Positions 9,119 to 17,830 of a stretch of 39,778 bases of DNA are shown here, piece after piece (within the stretch, counting starts at the first letter, position 1; each line of letters opens with the position of its first letter). The notes under the pieces are model-generated. The model was not told the origin of the DNA. It made no database searches and saw only the letters and a program-made list of their open reading frames with translations. Source of the stretch: Verrucomicrobiales bacterium (GTDB lineage Bacteria > Verrucomicrobiota > Verrucomicrobiia > Verrucomicrobiales > SLCJ01); assembly GCA_046075565.1 (NCBI GenBank), contig JBJTQJ010000003.1, forward strand, positions 1 through 39,778. Reading direction: 5' to 3'. A program made the translations under genes and the position numbers.

Positions 9119-12100
9119 ATGACTCCGCCCATCGCCACGGCCACTGCCCCCGTAAACCTCAGCGCCATCCCTGAAAGTTCCGCTCCCGACCCGGTCGAAT
9201 CCGGCGAAGCGGGATTGGTTTTTGAACCCGTTTTCGCCACTCCCGGCGTTTGCCCGTTTGAAGAAGTCGAATGGGATGCCCGCACCGCCGCGATCACCGA
9301 CGATTCCGGCAAGGCGATCTTCAAACAGGAAAATGTCGAGGTTCCCAAGGACTGGTCCGAGCTGGCCACCAAAATCGCGGTCTCGAAGTATTTTTACGGC
9401 GACATCACGCAGGGTACCGACCCGCGCAAGGGCGGGCGTGAGACCTCCATCCGCCAACTCATCCTCCGCGTCACCCGCACCATCACCGATTGGGGAATCG
9501 CCGACGGATATTTCGCGGATGACACGAGCGCGGAGAACTTTTACAACGACCTGACGTGGCTCTGCCTCCACCAGCACGGGGCATTCAATTCGCCGGTGTG
9601 GTTCAATGTCGGTCTCTACCAGCAATACGGCATCGGCCAAGGCAAAGGCCAGGGCAACTACTTCTTCGATCGCGCCCTTGGAGAAGCACGCCGCGCGCCG
9701 ACCCAATATGAATACCCGCAGTCCAGCGCCTGCTTCATCCAGGGCGTGCGCGACACGATGGAAGACATCATGCGTCTGGCCGCTTCCGAAGCCATGCTTT
9801 TCAAATACGGCTCGGGCACCGGCAGCGACCTCTCCACCCTCCGCTCGACAAGGGAAAAACTCTCCGGCGGCGGCAAACCCTCCGGCCCGCTTTCCTTCCT
9901 CAAGGTCTATGATCAGGTTGCCAATGTCGTGAAGTCCGGTGGCAAAACACGCCGCGCCGCGAAAATGAACACGCTCAAGGATTGGCACCCCGACATCGAG
10001 GAATTCATCGAAGCGAAATCAAAAGAAGAACGCAAGGCCTGGGCGCTCATCGAACAAGGATACGATGGCAGCTACAATGGTGAGGCTTACGGGTCGATCA
10101 TGTATCAGAATGAAAACCTGACCGTGCGCGTGAGCGACGAGTTCATGGGCGCCGCCCTTGAAAGCAAGGAATGGTGGACGCGCCGTGTGGTTGACAACCA
10201 GCCCTGCGAACAAAAGGATGCCAAGACCCTCCTGCGCAAAATCGCCGAAGGCACACACGTCTGCGGCGACCCCGGCATGCAGTTCGATACCACCATCGAC
10301 AAATGGCACACCTGCAAAGGCACCGGCCGCCAGAATTCGACCAATCCCTGCTCCGAATACCTTTTCCTCGACGACACTGCTTGTAACCTCGCCTCGCTCA
10401 ACCTCATGCGCTTCAAACGCGAGGATGGCTCGTTCGACATCGACCGCTTCAAGGCCGCCGTGCGGATCTTCATCACCGCGCAGGAGATCATCGTTGATAA
10501 TGCCTCCTATCCGATCAAGGAAATCGCGGAGAATTCCCACATCTTCCGCACCCTCGGTCTCGGCTACGCCAACCTCGGAGCCCTCATCATGAGCTACGGC
10601 TACGGTTATGATTCCGAAGAAGGCCGCGGTCTCGCCGGAGCCATCACCGCCATCATGACCGGCCACAGCTACGAACAAAGCGCCGTCATGTCGGGCTTCA
10701 TGGGGCCCTTCCCCGGTTACCGTGATGCCCGTTGCTCCGGCGTGGACAATCCTGTTTCACCGGACAACGAGCAAAGCATGCTCGAAGTGATCGATCTCCA
10801 TCGCTCGCATGTCGATGCCATTCCCGATGTGCCGCGCTTCGCCGCCCTCAAGGAAGAAGCCCGCAAGGTCTGGGAAAATGCCCTCAGCCTTGGCAAGGAA
10901 CACGGTTACCGCAACGCGCAGGTGACCGTGCTCGCGCCCACCGGCACCATCGGTTTCCTCATGGACTGCGATACCACCGGCATCGAGCCGGATATCGCGC
11001 TCGTGAAATACAAACTGCTCGCCGGCGGCGGCATGCTCAAGATTGTCAACCAGACGGTCCGCCCCGCGCTGGAGAATCTTGGCTACGATGCCAAAAAAAT
11101 CCGCGACATCCTCTCGCACATCGATGCCTACGATACTATCGAGGACATCAAAGACGCCGAAACCGGCGAAGTCGTGCGCAGTGGATTACGTCCGGAGCAT
11201 CTGCCCATGTTTGATTGCGCCTTCCGCCCCGCGCAAGGCACACGCAGCCTGCACTACCGCGCTCACATCCGCATGATGGCCGCCGCGCAGCCATTCCTCT
11301 CGGGAGCCATTTCCAAGACAGTGAACCTTCCCGAGGAAGCGAGCGTCGAGGACATCATGAATACCTACGTCGAAGGATGGAAACTCGGCCTCAAGGCCAT
11401 CGCCATCTACCGCGACAACTCGAAACGTTCCGCTCCGCTCTCGACGAAGAAAAATGATGGCACCGCTTCCGCCGAAGCCGCGCCCGACCAAGCCCTCGTC
11501 ACTCTGGCCAACCGCATTGCCGAACTCGAGCAACTCAATGGCGAACTCAGACTCAAGGTCGATTCACCCCCGCGCCGCAACATGCCGGAGACCCGGGCTT
11601 CGCTGACCCACAAGTTCGAGATCGCCGGACACGAAGGCTACATCACCGTCGGACTCTATCCCGACAACCTTCCCGGCGAACTCTTCATCCAGATGTCGAA
11701 GGAAGGCAGCACCATTGGCGGGCTCATGGACACTGTCGCCACGCTCACTTCCATCGCCCTGCAGTATGGCGTGCCCTTGGAACACCTGGTGAAAAAATTC
11801 GCCTACCAACGCTTCGAGCCGAGCGGATTCACCAAGAACCCGGACATCCGCAGCGCCACCAGCATCACCGACTACGTGTTCCGCTGGCTCGGTTGCCAAT
11901 TCATCCCCGGATACCGCGAGGCCACCTCCCCCAACCACGCCCAAGCCGAACTCCCCATCCCCGGTATCGAAGAGATGGAGAAGAAGGCCGTCAACCGTCC
12001 GGTGCGCGAACTCGTGCTCGACCACGACAACAGCGTGACCATCAAACCGACCGGCGACCGCGTGAAGACCGCCCTCGGTACCATCTACATGGGGATCACC

Positions 12101-12187
12101 TGCTCGAACTGCGGGTCCGACAAGGTGATCCGCGCCGGCGCTTGCGGTGTTTGCACGCAGTGCGGCACCAGCCAGGGTTGTAGCTAA
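9119..12187 (+). CDS. nrdJ: Adenosylcobalamin-dependent (class II) ribonucleotide reductase with C-terminal TSCPD-like domain and Zn ribbon
   Basis: FNSPVWFN, SACFI, GGKTRRAAKM, TNPCSEY, APTGTI, ISKTVN motifs; C-terminal CSNC..CTQCG..GCS. Confidence 0.97.
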   Translation: MTPPIATATAPVNLSAIPESSAPDPVESGEAGLVFEPVFATPGVCPFEEVEWDARTAAITDDSGKAIFKQENVEVPKDWSELATKIAVSKYFYGDITQGTDPRKGGRETSIRQLILRVTRTITDWGIADGYFADDTSAENFYNDLTWLCLHQHGAFNSPVWFNVGLYQQYGIGQGKGQGNYFFDRALGEARRAPTQYEYPQSSACFIQGVRDTMEDIMRLAASEAMLFKYGSGTGSDLSTLRSTREKLSGGGKPSGPLSFLKVYDQVANVVKSGGKTRRAAKMNTLKDWHPDIEEFIEAKSKEERKAWALIEQGYDGSYNGEAYGSIMYQNENLTVRVSDEFMGAALESKEWWTRRVVDNQPCEQKDAKTLLRKIAEGTHVCGDPGMQFDTTIDKWHTCKGTGRQNSTNPCSEYLFLDDTACNLASLNLMRFKREDGSFDIDRFKAAVRIFITAQEIIVDNASYPIKEIAENSHIFRTLGLGYANLGALIMSYGYGYDSEEGRGLAGAITAIMTGHSYEQSAVMSGFMGPFPGYRDARCSGVDNPVSPDNEQSMLEVIDLHRSHVDAIPDVPRFAALKEEARKVWENALSLGKEHGYRNAQVTVLAPTGTIGFLMDCDTTGIEPDIALVKYKLLAGGGMLKIVNQTVRPALENLGYDAKKIRDILSHIDAYDTIEDIKDAETGEVVRSGLRPEHLPMFDCAFRPAQGTRSLHYRAHIRMMAAAQPFLSGAISKTVNLPEEASVEDIMNTYVEGWKLGLKAIAIYRDNSKRSAPLSTKKNDGTASAEAAPDQALVTLANRIAELEQLNGELRLKVDSPPRRNMPETRASLTHKFEIAGHEGYITVGLYPDNLPGELFIQMSKEGSTIGGLMDTVATLTSIALQYGVPLEHLVKKFAYQRFEPSGFTKNPDIRSATSITDYVFRWLGCQFIPGYREATSPNHAQAELPIPGIEEMEKKAVNRPVRELVLDHDNSVTIKPTGDRVKTALGTIYMGITCSNCGSDKVIRAGACGVCTQCGTSQGCS

Positions 12188-12214
12188 AGCAGAGATCTAA
12201 CAAAACTGCTGCCA

Positions 12215-12246
12215 TCCGACAGGTCCGACAGGTCCGACAGGTCGGA
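12215..12246 (+). repeat. Three perfect 9-mer tandem units TCCGACAGG followed by TCGGA
   Basis: tccgacagg x3 then tcgga; the terminal GTCGGA is the reverse complement of TCCGAC. Confidence 0.92.
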
Positions 12247-12262
12247 GTGTTCAAAATACCAC

Positions 12263-12291
12263 TTGCTTCGCCCCCTGCGTTCGGATACCCT
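12263..12291 (+). promoter_or_regulatory. Putative promoter of leaderless four-helix-bundle gene
   Basis: TTGCTT-N17-TACCCT-N6-ATG. Confidence 0.55.
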
Positions 12292-12297
12292 CGGGGC

Positions 12298-12903
12298 ATG
12301 TCCGAACCGAGCGATGTCTTTCTGCCGCACGGCGGCTACCGCAAGCTGCGCAGCTACCGGCTGGCCGAAGTGGTATTCGATGCCACGGTCGTCTTCTGCG
12401 ATCGGTTCATTCGAAAGGGTTCACGCACCCACGACCAAATGGTGCAGGCCGCCCGCAGTGGCGTGCGCAACATCTCCGAAGGCAGCGGGCTCGCCGCGAC
12501 ATCGCGTAAGCTCGAGATGAACCTTACCAACGTCGCCCGGGCCAGCCTCTCCGATGAACTTCTGCCCGACTTCGAGAGTTTCCTCCGCCAGATCGGTCTC
12601 GAACTCTGGCCCAAGGATAGCCGCAAGACCCTCGTGATGCGCGAACGCCTGCGCGATGAATTGGTCCCGGGACTCCCTCCCGCCTATCCAGACCGCCCAC
12701 GCTGCGACGGTCTCGCCAACTTCACCTCGTTTATCGCCCATACCGATGCCGAAGTCGCGGCCAATGCCATGATTTGTCTCATCCACCAGACCATTTTCCT
12801 TCTTCGCGGCCAACTCCGCAGCCAGGAGAAAACCTTTCTCAATCAAGGCGGCTTCTCCGAAAATCTCCTCCGCCAACGCCAAAACCAAAGACGGAAAGAC
12901 TGA
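12298..12903 (+). CDS. Four helix bundle (23S rRNA IVP-like) protein with suffix domain
   Basis: HGGYRKLRSY, RTHDQMVQAARSGVRNISEGS, NVARASL, AANAMICLIHQ..LL..Q and FLNQGGFSE motifs. Confidence 0.9.
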   Translation: MSEPSDVFLPHGGYRKLRSYRLAEVVFDATVVFCDRFIRKGSRTHDQMVQAARSGVRNISEGSGLAATSRKLEMNLTNVARASLSDELLPDFESFLRQIGLELWPKDSRKTLVMRERLRDELVPGLPPAYPDRPRCDGLANFTSFIAHTDAEVAANAMICLIHQTIFLLRGQLRSQEKTFLNQGGFSENLLRQRQNQRRKD

Positions 12904-13110
12904 AGATAATACCCCTTCGATCCAAGGATTGGCAGAACAAAGAAACCATGGATAACGATAACCATCCGCAAAAATCAGGCGACAGGTCTGGAATGGTGGG
13001 GGAATCTCTGGGACAAGTAGCAGGGCGGCCGGGAAGCCCCTGCCTTTTACCCACAGGCACCGAATTCTCTTGCCGAATCGCCATCTTCGTCCTAGATAGA
13101 AGGTTGCAGT

Positions 13111-14769
13111 ATGCCATCCGAACTCCCCGTCATTTTCCGCCGCCTGCTCGTGGGTGCCAGCCTCGCCCTTCTTTTCACCGGCTGTTCGCAGTATGCCGAG
13201 GTATCAACCAAAGAAGCCAGCTGGACCAGGCCCAAACTCATGCAGAACGAACGGGTCGGCCGTCTGTTGTCGTCGAACCTTGGCGACGCGGAGGAAAAAC
13301 TCGGTCGTTACGTGGAAGCCGCTTCCCTAGCCGCCGCCGATCTGCGGGCGCGTCCCACCGACCCCGAAGCCCGCACCGCCTACAATTTCGCGGTTGCCCG
13401 GGCCATCGAAACCATCCAGAAAGTCAAAGCGGATCCATGGTCCGAACCCCTACAACTCAGTGACACCAACGGGGGCTACACGATCACGGTTCGTCGCGAT
13501 CCCCGCAAACACTGGCGTCCATCGCTCTTCAACTTCACGCCCGCGGATCAATTCGACGTGAAGGGAAAATATGTCAATGTGCGGGAGACCCGCAAGGGCA
13601 TCGGAGCACCGGTGGTGGCGGCGAGCAAGCATGTGCTCCCGGATGCCGACAAGCTTTTTGTGATGCCACGCGCTTACTATGGGGTGACCGCCATTCTGCG
13701 TTTCACCGGCAAGACAGCGGAATTCGCCTTCGAGGATCCACTGGCCAGCGAAACCACGGTGTTTGAGGGCAAGACCTTCGACATGGCCGCCGACTTCACC
13801 GTGCCTCTGGCGGTGATGTTGGCGAGCACCGATCCAAAGAAACTCGAGTTGAGCCGCCTGCTGCGCCCGGAAAAATACGCCGACACGGCGCGCATCTGCC
13901 GTTTGCAACCCTACGACCCGAACAAGACGGTGGTGCTGGTGGCACACGGATTGATGGACAGTCAGGCGACTTGGACGCCGATGATCAATCATTTGCGCGC
14001 CGACCCGTTCATCCGGGCGAATTACCAGTTCTGGTTCTACAGCTACCCGAGCGGGTATCCCTATCCGCATTCGGCGGCCATCCTGCGTGAGAACCTCGAT
14101 GCCATCGAGAAAGCCTATCCCTTGCGCAAGAAGATGGTTGTGATCGGCCACAGCATGGGCGGCTGTATCAGCCGCTTGCTCATCACCGATTCTGGTGGCG
14201 AAAAACTCTGGCGAGAAATACTTGGCAAAGCTCCCGCCGACATGAAGATGTCCGACGATAGCCGGAAACTCTTTTCCAATGCCCTCATCTTTGAACCCCG
14301 GGACGAAGTCGGGCGTGTGATTTTCATCTCCGCGCCACTCAAGGGCAGCATGCTCGCCACCGGATGGATCGGACGCATCGGCACAAGCCTTGTGAAGGCC
14401 CCGGTGAATCTCCTGAAAGCCGGCAATGAAGTGATGCAGACGGTCACCTTCCAGGAAGGCGACCTGAAACTCAAACGTATCCCCGACAGCATCGATACTC
14501 TCGCGCCGAACAGCCGCTTCGTGCGCGTCATCAATACATTCCCCTTCGAAGACGTGCCCCACCATGTCATCTGCGGCGACCGGGGCAAAGGCGGCAACAA
14601 GGATAAAACCAAACCGGTCATGTCGGATGGGGTCGTGCCCTACTGGAGCAGCCACATGCCGACCGCAAAGAGCGAGAAGATCGTGCCGTCGGGCCACTCC
14701 GCCCACCAGCACCCGGAATCGTTCGCCGAAGTGAAACGGATTCTCAAGGAACACGCCGGGCGGAATTAG
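13111..14769 (+). CDS. Alpha/beta-hydrolase (esterase/lipase family) lipoprotein
   Basis: Lipobox LFTGC, VLVAHGL, nucleophile GHSMGG, SDGVVPYWSSH and SGHSAH. Confidence 0.9.
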   Translation: MPSELPVIFRRLLVGASLALLFTGCSQYAEVSTKEASWTRPKLMQNERVGRLLSSNLGDAEEKLGRYVEAASLAAADLRARPTDPEARTAYNFAVARAIETIQKVKADPWSEPLQLSDTNGGYTITVRRDPRKHWRPSLFNFTPADQFDVKGKYVNVRETRKGIGAPVVAASKHVLPDADKLFVMPRAYYGVTAILRFTGKTAEFAFEDPLASETTVFEGKTFDMAADFTVPLAVMLASTDPKKLELSRLLRPEKYADTARICRLQPYDPNKTVVLVAHGLMDSQATWTPMINHLRADPFIRANYQFWFYSYPSGYPYPHSAAILRENLDAIEKAYPLRKKMVVIGHSMGGCISRLLITDSGGEKLWREILGKAPADMKMSDDSRKLFSNALIFEPRDEVGRVIFISAPLKGSMLATGWIGRIGTSLVKAPVNLLKAGNEVMQTVTFQEGDLKLKRIPDSIDTLAPNSRFVRVINTFPFEDVPHHVICGDRGKGGNKDKTKPVMSDGVVPYWSSHMPTAKSEKIVPSGHSAHQHPESFAEVKRILKEHAGRN

Positions 14770-14914
14770 TTGGCTCGTTTCGGGTGGCCGAGCGGCAGAA
14801 ATTCATTGGCCGCGAACAATATCCATTGCATCAACAATCCGAATCTGTTTCGATGACGGGACCCCCCATCGCTTGCAGGGATCCCCGCCATCTCAAAATT
14901 CCATTGGTTCAAAC

Positions 14915-15661
14915 ATGAATGCTCCATCCTTCCGTTCCGCCAAACGCGTCATTCCGGTCCTGCTTGCCTCATGGATCGCCTTCCCGACAGGCCTTTCCGC
15001 CGCCCCTGTTGCCCACGATCCGGCCGCACTCGACGTGCTCAAGGCGGTGCAGGCCAAACTCGCCGGCTCGCCATCCTTTACCGTTACCGCCAAACGTGCC
15101 TACTCCCTGCGCGGGGGAAAAACCGAAGAACCCATCAGCGTGACCGCCCAACGGCCCAACCGCTTCCTCGCCCATCAGGGAAAGGCGGATTCGTAGAAAA
15201 TCCTCGGCTATGATGGCAGCCAACTCCGTGTCATTTTCCCGAACGTCTTGCTGCACGCCGAAGGCAAAATGGCCACGGCGGACTCCTCCGCATTCGCCGA
15301 CGCGGCAGAGAAACGTTTCGGGTTCCGTCCACCTATGGCCGAGTTGCTCGCTCCCGATTTGGTCAAGGAAATGGCGCGCGAGGGCGCCGTAATTACCCTT
15401 GGCAAACCGGAGCGTGTGGGCTGGACCACTTGCCATCATGTGGTCGTCAGCCAAGTCGGACAAACCACCGAAATATGGGCCGGAGCAAAGGATTCGATTC
15501 CCCGTCGCTACCGCATCACTTTCACCGACACTCCGGAGCAGCCGGTCTGGCAAGAGACTCGATTCGGGAAATGGAAGTTCGGAGGATCCCTTGCTCCGGA
15601 GACTTTTCAGCCCGTTCCGCCCGCCGGCTCGCAGGCCGTTCCCCTCCTCAAAGGCAATTGA
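14915..15661 (+). pseudogene. DUF2092/LolA-like periplasmic protein interrupted by an in-frame TAG at 15194-15196
   Basis: ORFs 14873-15196 and 15248-15661 share one frame: ..QRPNRF..GKADS*KILGYDGSQL..GFRPPMAELL..CHHV..EIW...PRRYRITF; signal peptide present. Confidence 0.75.
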
Positions 15662-15685
15662 ATCCCCAAACCACTTTCCACCAAA

Positions 15686-16123
15686 ATGAAAACCAATTCT
15701 TTTCTTTCGATGAGAACCCTCGGCACCGGCCTTGCGATTCTGCTGGCCTCCCAGGCGATTGTCAACGCAGCGCCACGACATCGTCCGGCCAACCCGCGCG
15801 GCCTTGCCGACCCCAGAGGCATTGCCGATCCCCGGGGTATCGCGGATCCCCGGGGTATCGCGGATCCCCGGGGCATTGCCGATCCCCGGGGTATAGCCGA
15901 TCCGCGCGGTGTCTTTGACCCCCGCGGTCCTTTTGATCCCCGGAATCCCGCCCGCTACATGTATGGTCTGCCGGCCGGTTACCGCATGGTGACCTATGGT
16001 GCCGCGCGTTACTATGTGTGCAGCGGCATTTATAATTATGCCTATGTGATCAACGGCCAGACCGTCTACGTCCAGACCACCGTGGTCAATGGCGTGCCAA
16101 CTGTTCCACCGCGACCTTACTAG
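15686..16123 (+). CDS. Secreted protein with DPRGIA hexapeptide repeats and an aromatic-rich C-terminal domain (DUF6515-like)
   Basis: Signal peptide, nine xPRxxx units, then LPAGYRMVTYGAARYYVCSGIY..YVINGQTVYV. Confidence 0.8.
   Translation: MKTNSFLSMRTLGTGLAILLASQAIVNAAPRHRPANPRGLADPRGIADPRGIADPRGIADPRGIADPRGIADPRGVFDPRGPFDPRNPARYMYGLPAGYRMVTYGAARYYVCSGIYNYAYVINGQTVYVQTTVVNGVPTVPPRPY
15791..15952 (+). repeat. Nine 18-bp coding tandem repeats
   Basis: Units such as gatccccggggtatcgcg, with variation mostly at synonymous positions. Confidence 0.92.
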
Positions 16124-16152
16124 ACTTCCCGCCATTCAGCCACGGATCGCCG

Positions 16153-16245
16153 GGGAAAGTGGTCTCGCCCGACTTCGATGACGGTGCCATTACCTACGAA
16201 GTCGCCAGCAATGGTTTCTTCGTCAGCATCGGCTACACATTCTGA
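16153..16245 (+). pseudogene. Orphan C-terminal fragment of an outer-membrane beta-barrel protein
   Basis: GKVVSPDFDDGAITYEVASNGFFVSIGYTF-TGA has an alternating pattern ending in a Y-x-F beta-signal; no matching N-terminus. Confidence 0.45.
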
Positions 16246-16325
16246 GATCATCGCCGCAACAAGGAGAGCATCTTGGATCCGGAGCCCATGGCGCGATCTA
16301 TCTTTCCTCTGTTTTCGTAAAGATG

Positions 16326-17424
16326 TCATACCATATCTCTAAATTGATATGACACCTGAGTTTTCCTCATAGTGTTTGCTTGAGAGCGAAGCCAATCTCG
16401 ACCCACCAAGCTCAGCACAGCCGATGCATCGGCCCAATACCGGCGTAACGCTGGTATGCTCGCCTCCCGAAGCTCCTCTATCGTCTCGTAGACCCTATTT
16501 CCAATCTCGTCTTTGATCAGATCCCAAAGTTGTTCGCATGGATTGAGTTCGGGACTGTAGGCAGGCAGGTCTATGATCCTCACTCGCTCAGGCAATCTCG
16601 GGTCACCATCGCGCAGATGGAATCCCGACTGGTCCCGGATCAGCACATGGACAGCTTCCGGTTCCCTCGAGATGAGATCCTCAAGGTAGGCGCGGTCCCA
16701 TTGTTGGTTGACTCCCGGGAACTGACAGAAGTGGGCTTGGCCACCGACGATGTCCAAAGAGCCGTAGAGATAGTCCCACTCGTATTTGATTTGCCGGGTG
16801 ACAACCGGACGCTGTCCTTTGCAGGCCCAGAGCCTTCGCATTTGCGTATGCAAACCGAAACGCGCCTCGTCCATCATCCATAATTTGACCTTGGAGCCCG
16901 CGGGAATCTCCAATTTTTCAAGGCGATGAGCGAGGTTTTCGCGAAACTCCCGTGCCGCGTTGGGATCCTTTTTGGAGTGGCTTGGACGTGGCACCAAGAG
17001 CACTCCTCCCGCTTTTTTTAAACCATCGCCATACCGTGCCATAAGGGCGGACCACTCCGTGGGTTTGCTCAAGCCAGCGCCGTGCCTGCTCCGCGGTGAC
17101 GAACTGACCATCATGAAGTTTCTGGCGCATCTCTTCCAAGACGCCCTGAGCCAAGCCCCGTGGTTGCCCTTCACGCGGGCCGGGTTTGTCGCGCTGGAGC
17201 AAAGCATCCACTCCGCCTTCGCGGACCGCCTTGAGCCAACAGAAAAGGTGGCCCCGGGCAATTCCGCATATGTCCGCAACCTCAGCCGAAGTCATTTGGC
17301 CACGGGCTGCGAGTTTGACGGCCAAGAGCCGCGTCTTGCGCCAACCGTCTGGTTCGGCGGCATGGAGATCATCGATGACTGCGGCTACATCGGGCCGCCC
17401 AAGCTTGAGTATTCTTCCTGGCAT
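16326..17424 (-). CDS. IS630 transposase (HTH ORF plus DDE ORF joined by a probable -1 frameshift)
   Basis: OrfA 17424-16918 is HTH-like; OrfB has MDEARFG, IRDQSGFH and LPAYSPELNPCEQLW; slippery TTTAAAAAAAG on the minus strand at 17012-17022. Confidence 0.93.
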
Positions 17425-17478
17425 GCGGACGTGATAGCAGACCGCGTCCGCATGTCATGTTATTTCTGTGATTTGGTA
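16329..17478 (-). mobile_element. IS630-family insertion sequence (about 1.15 kb)
   Basis: Imperfect terminal IRs TACCATATCTCTAAATTGATATGACA (16329-16354) and TACCAAATCACAGAAATAACATGACA (reverse complement of 17453-17478), 19/26 matches, both starting with TA. Confidence 0.92.
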
Positions 17479-17764
17479 TCAGAGCTTGCATTGCCGCCGC
17501 AAGCCATAGCTCCGCCATCGCCGCTTGGTTTTGCGGTTCGCCCATCGGCGGGGCTTTGACCACGGGTCGCGTCAGACACGCCGACCGTTAGGTCAATATC
17601 GAGAGTGCGGCTATCCGCAACTCTGGTCGGAAACGCCGGGTTCCACCGGCTTCATATTATCCAATTTCCGATGATTAACACAAGCTCCAGCAAAACACTT
17701 CAGCCTCGAAGAAAATTCTGAACACATGTTGAGGTACCGGGCGCCTCGGAGCTACCGACGGGGA

Positions 17765-17797
17765 TCCAGCCTTCGCCGGATGCTCCGGCGGGCAGGC
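17765..17797 (+). repeat. Variant of the CCTTCGCC..GGCAGG REP-like motif
   Basis: tccagccttcgccggatgctccggcgggcaggc versus tccagccttcgccaaggctacggccgacaggc at 875-906. Confidence 0.7.
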
Positions 17798-17830
17798 GGT
17801 CGGCGATCCCGGATTGCCCGAAAATGCATT

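Noticed and set aside
9119-12187. Intein or intron in nrdJ
   Set aside because: Motifs are continuous, no intein splice or homing-endonuclease motifs were seen, and the length is explained by the C-terminal domain.
12298-12903. Diversity-generating retroelement (Avd-like gene)
   Set aside because: No reverse transcriptase and no TR/VR pair with adenine-specific mismatches in the window.
15791-15952. CRISPR array suggested by near-palindromic repeats
   Set aside because: Units are contiguous 18-mers with no spacers, encode a peptide repeat, and no cas genes are present.
16120-16329. Gene interrupted by the IS630
   Set aside because: Joining the flanks at the TA gave no convincing protein in the minus-strand frames I read; the insertion appears intergenic.
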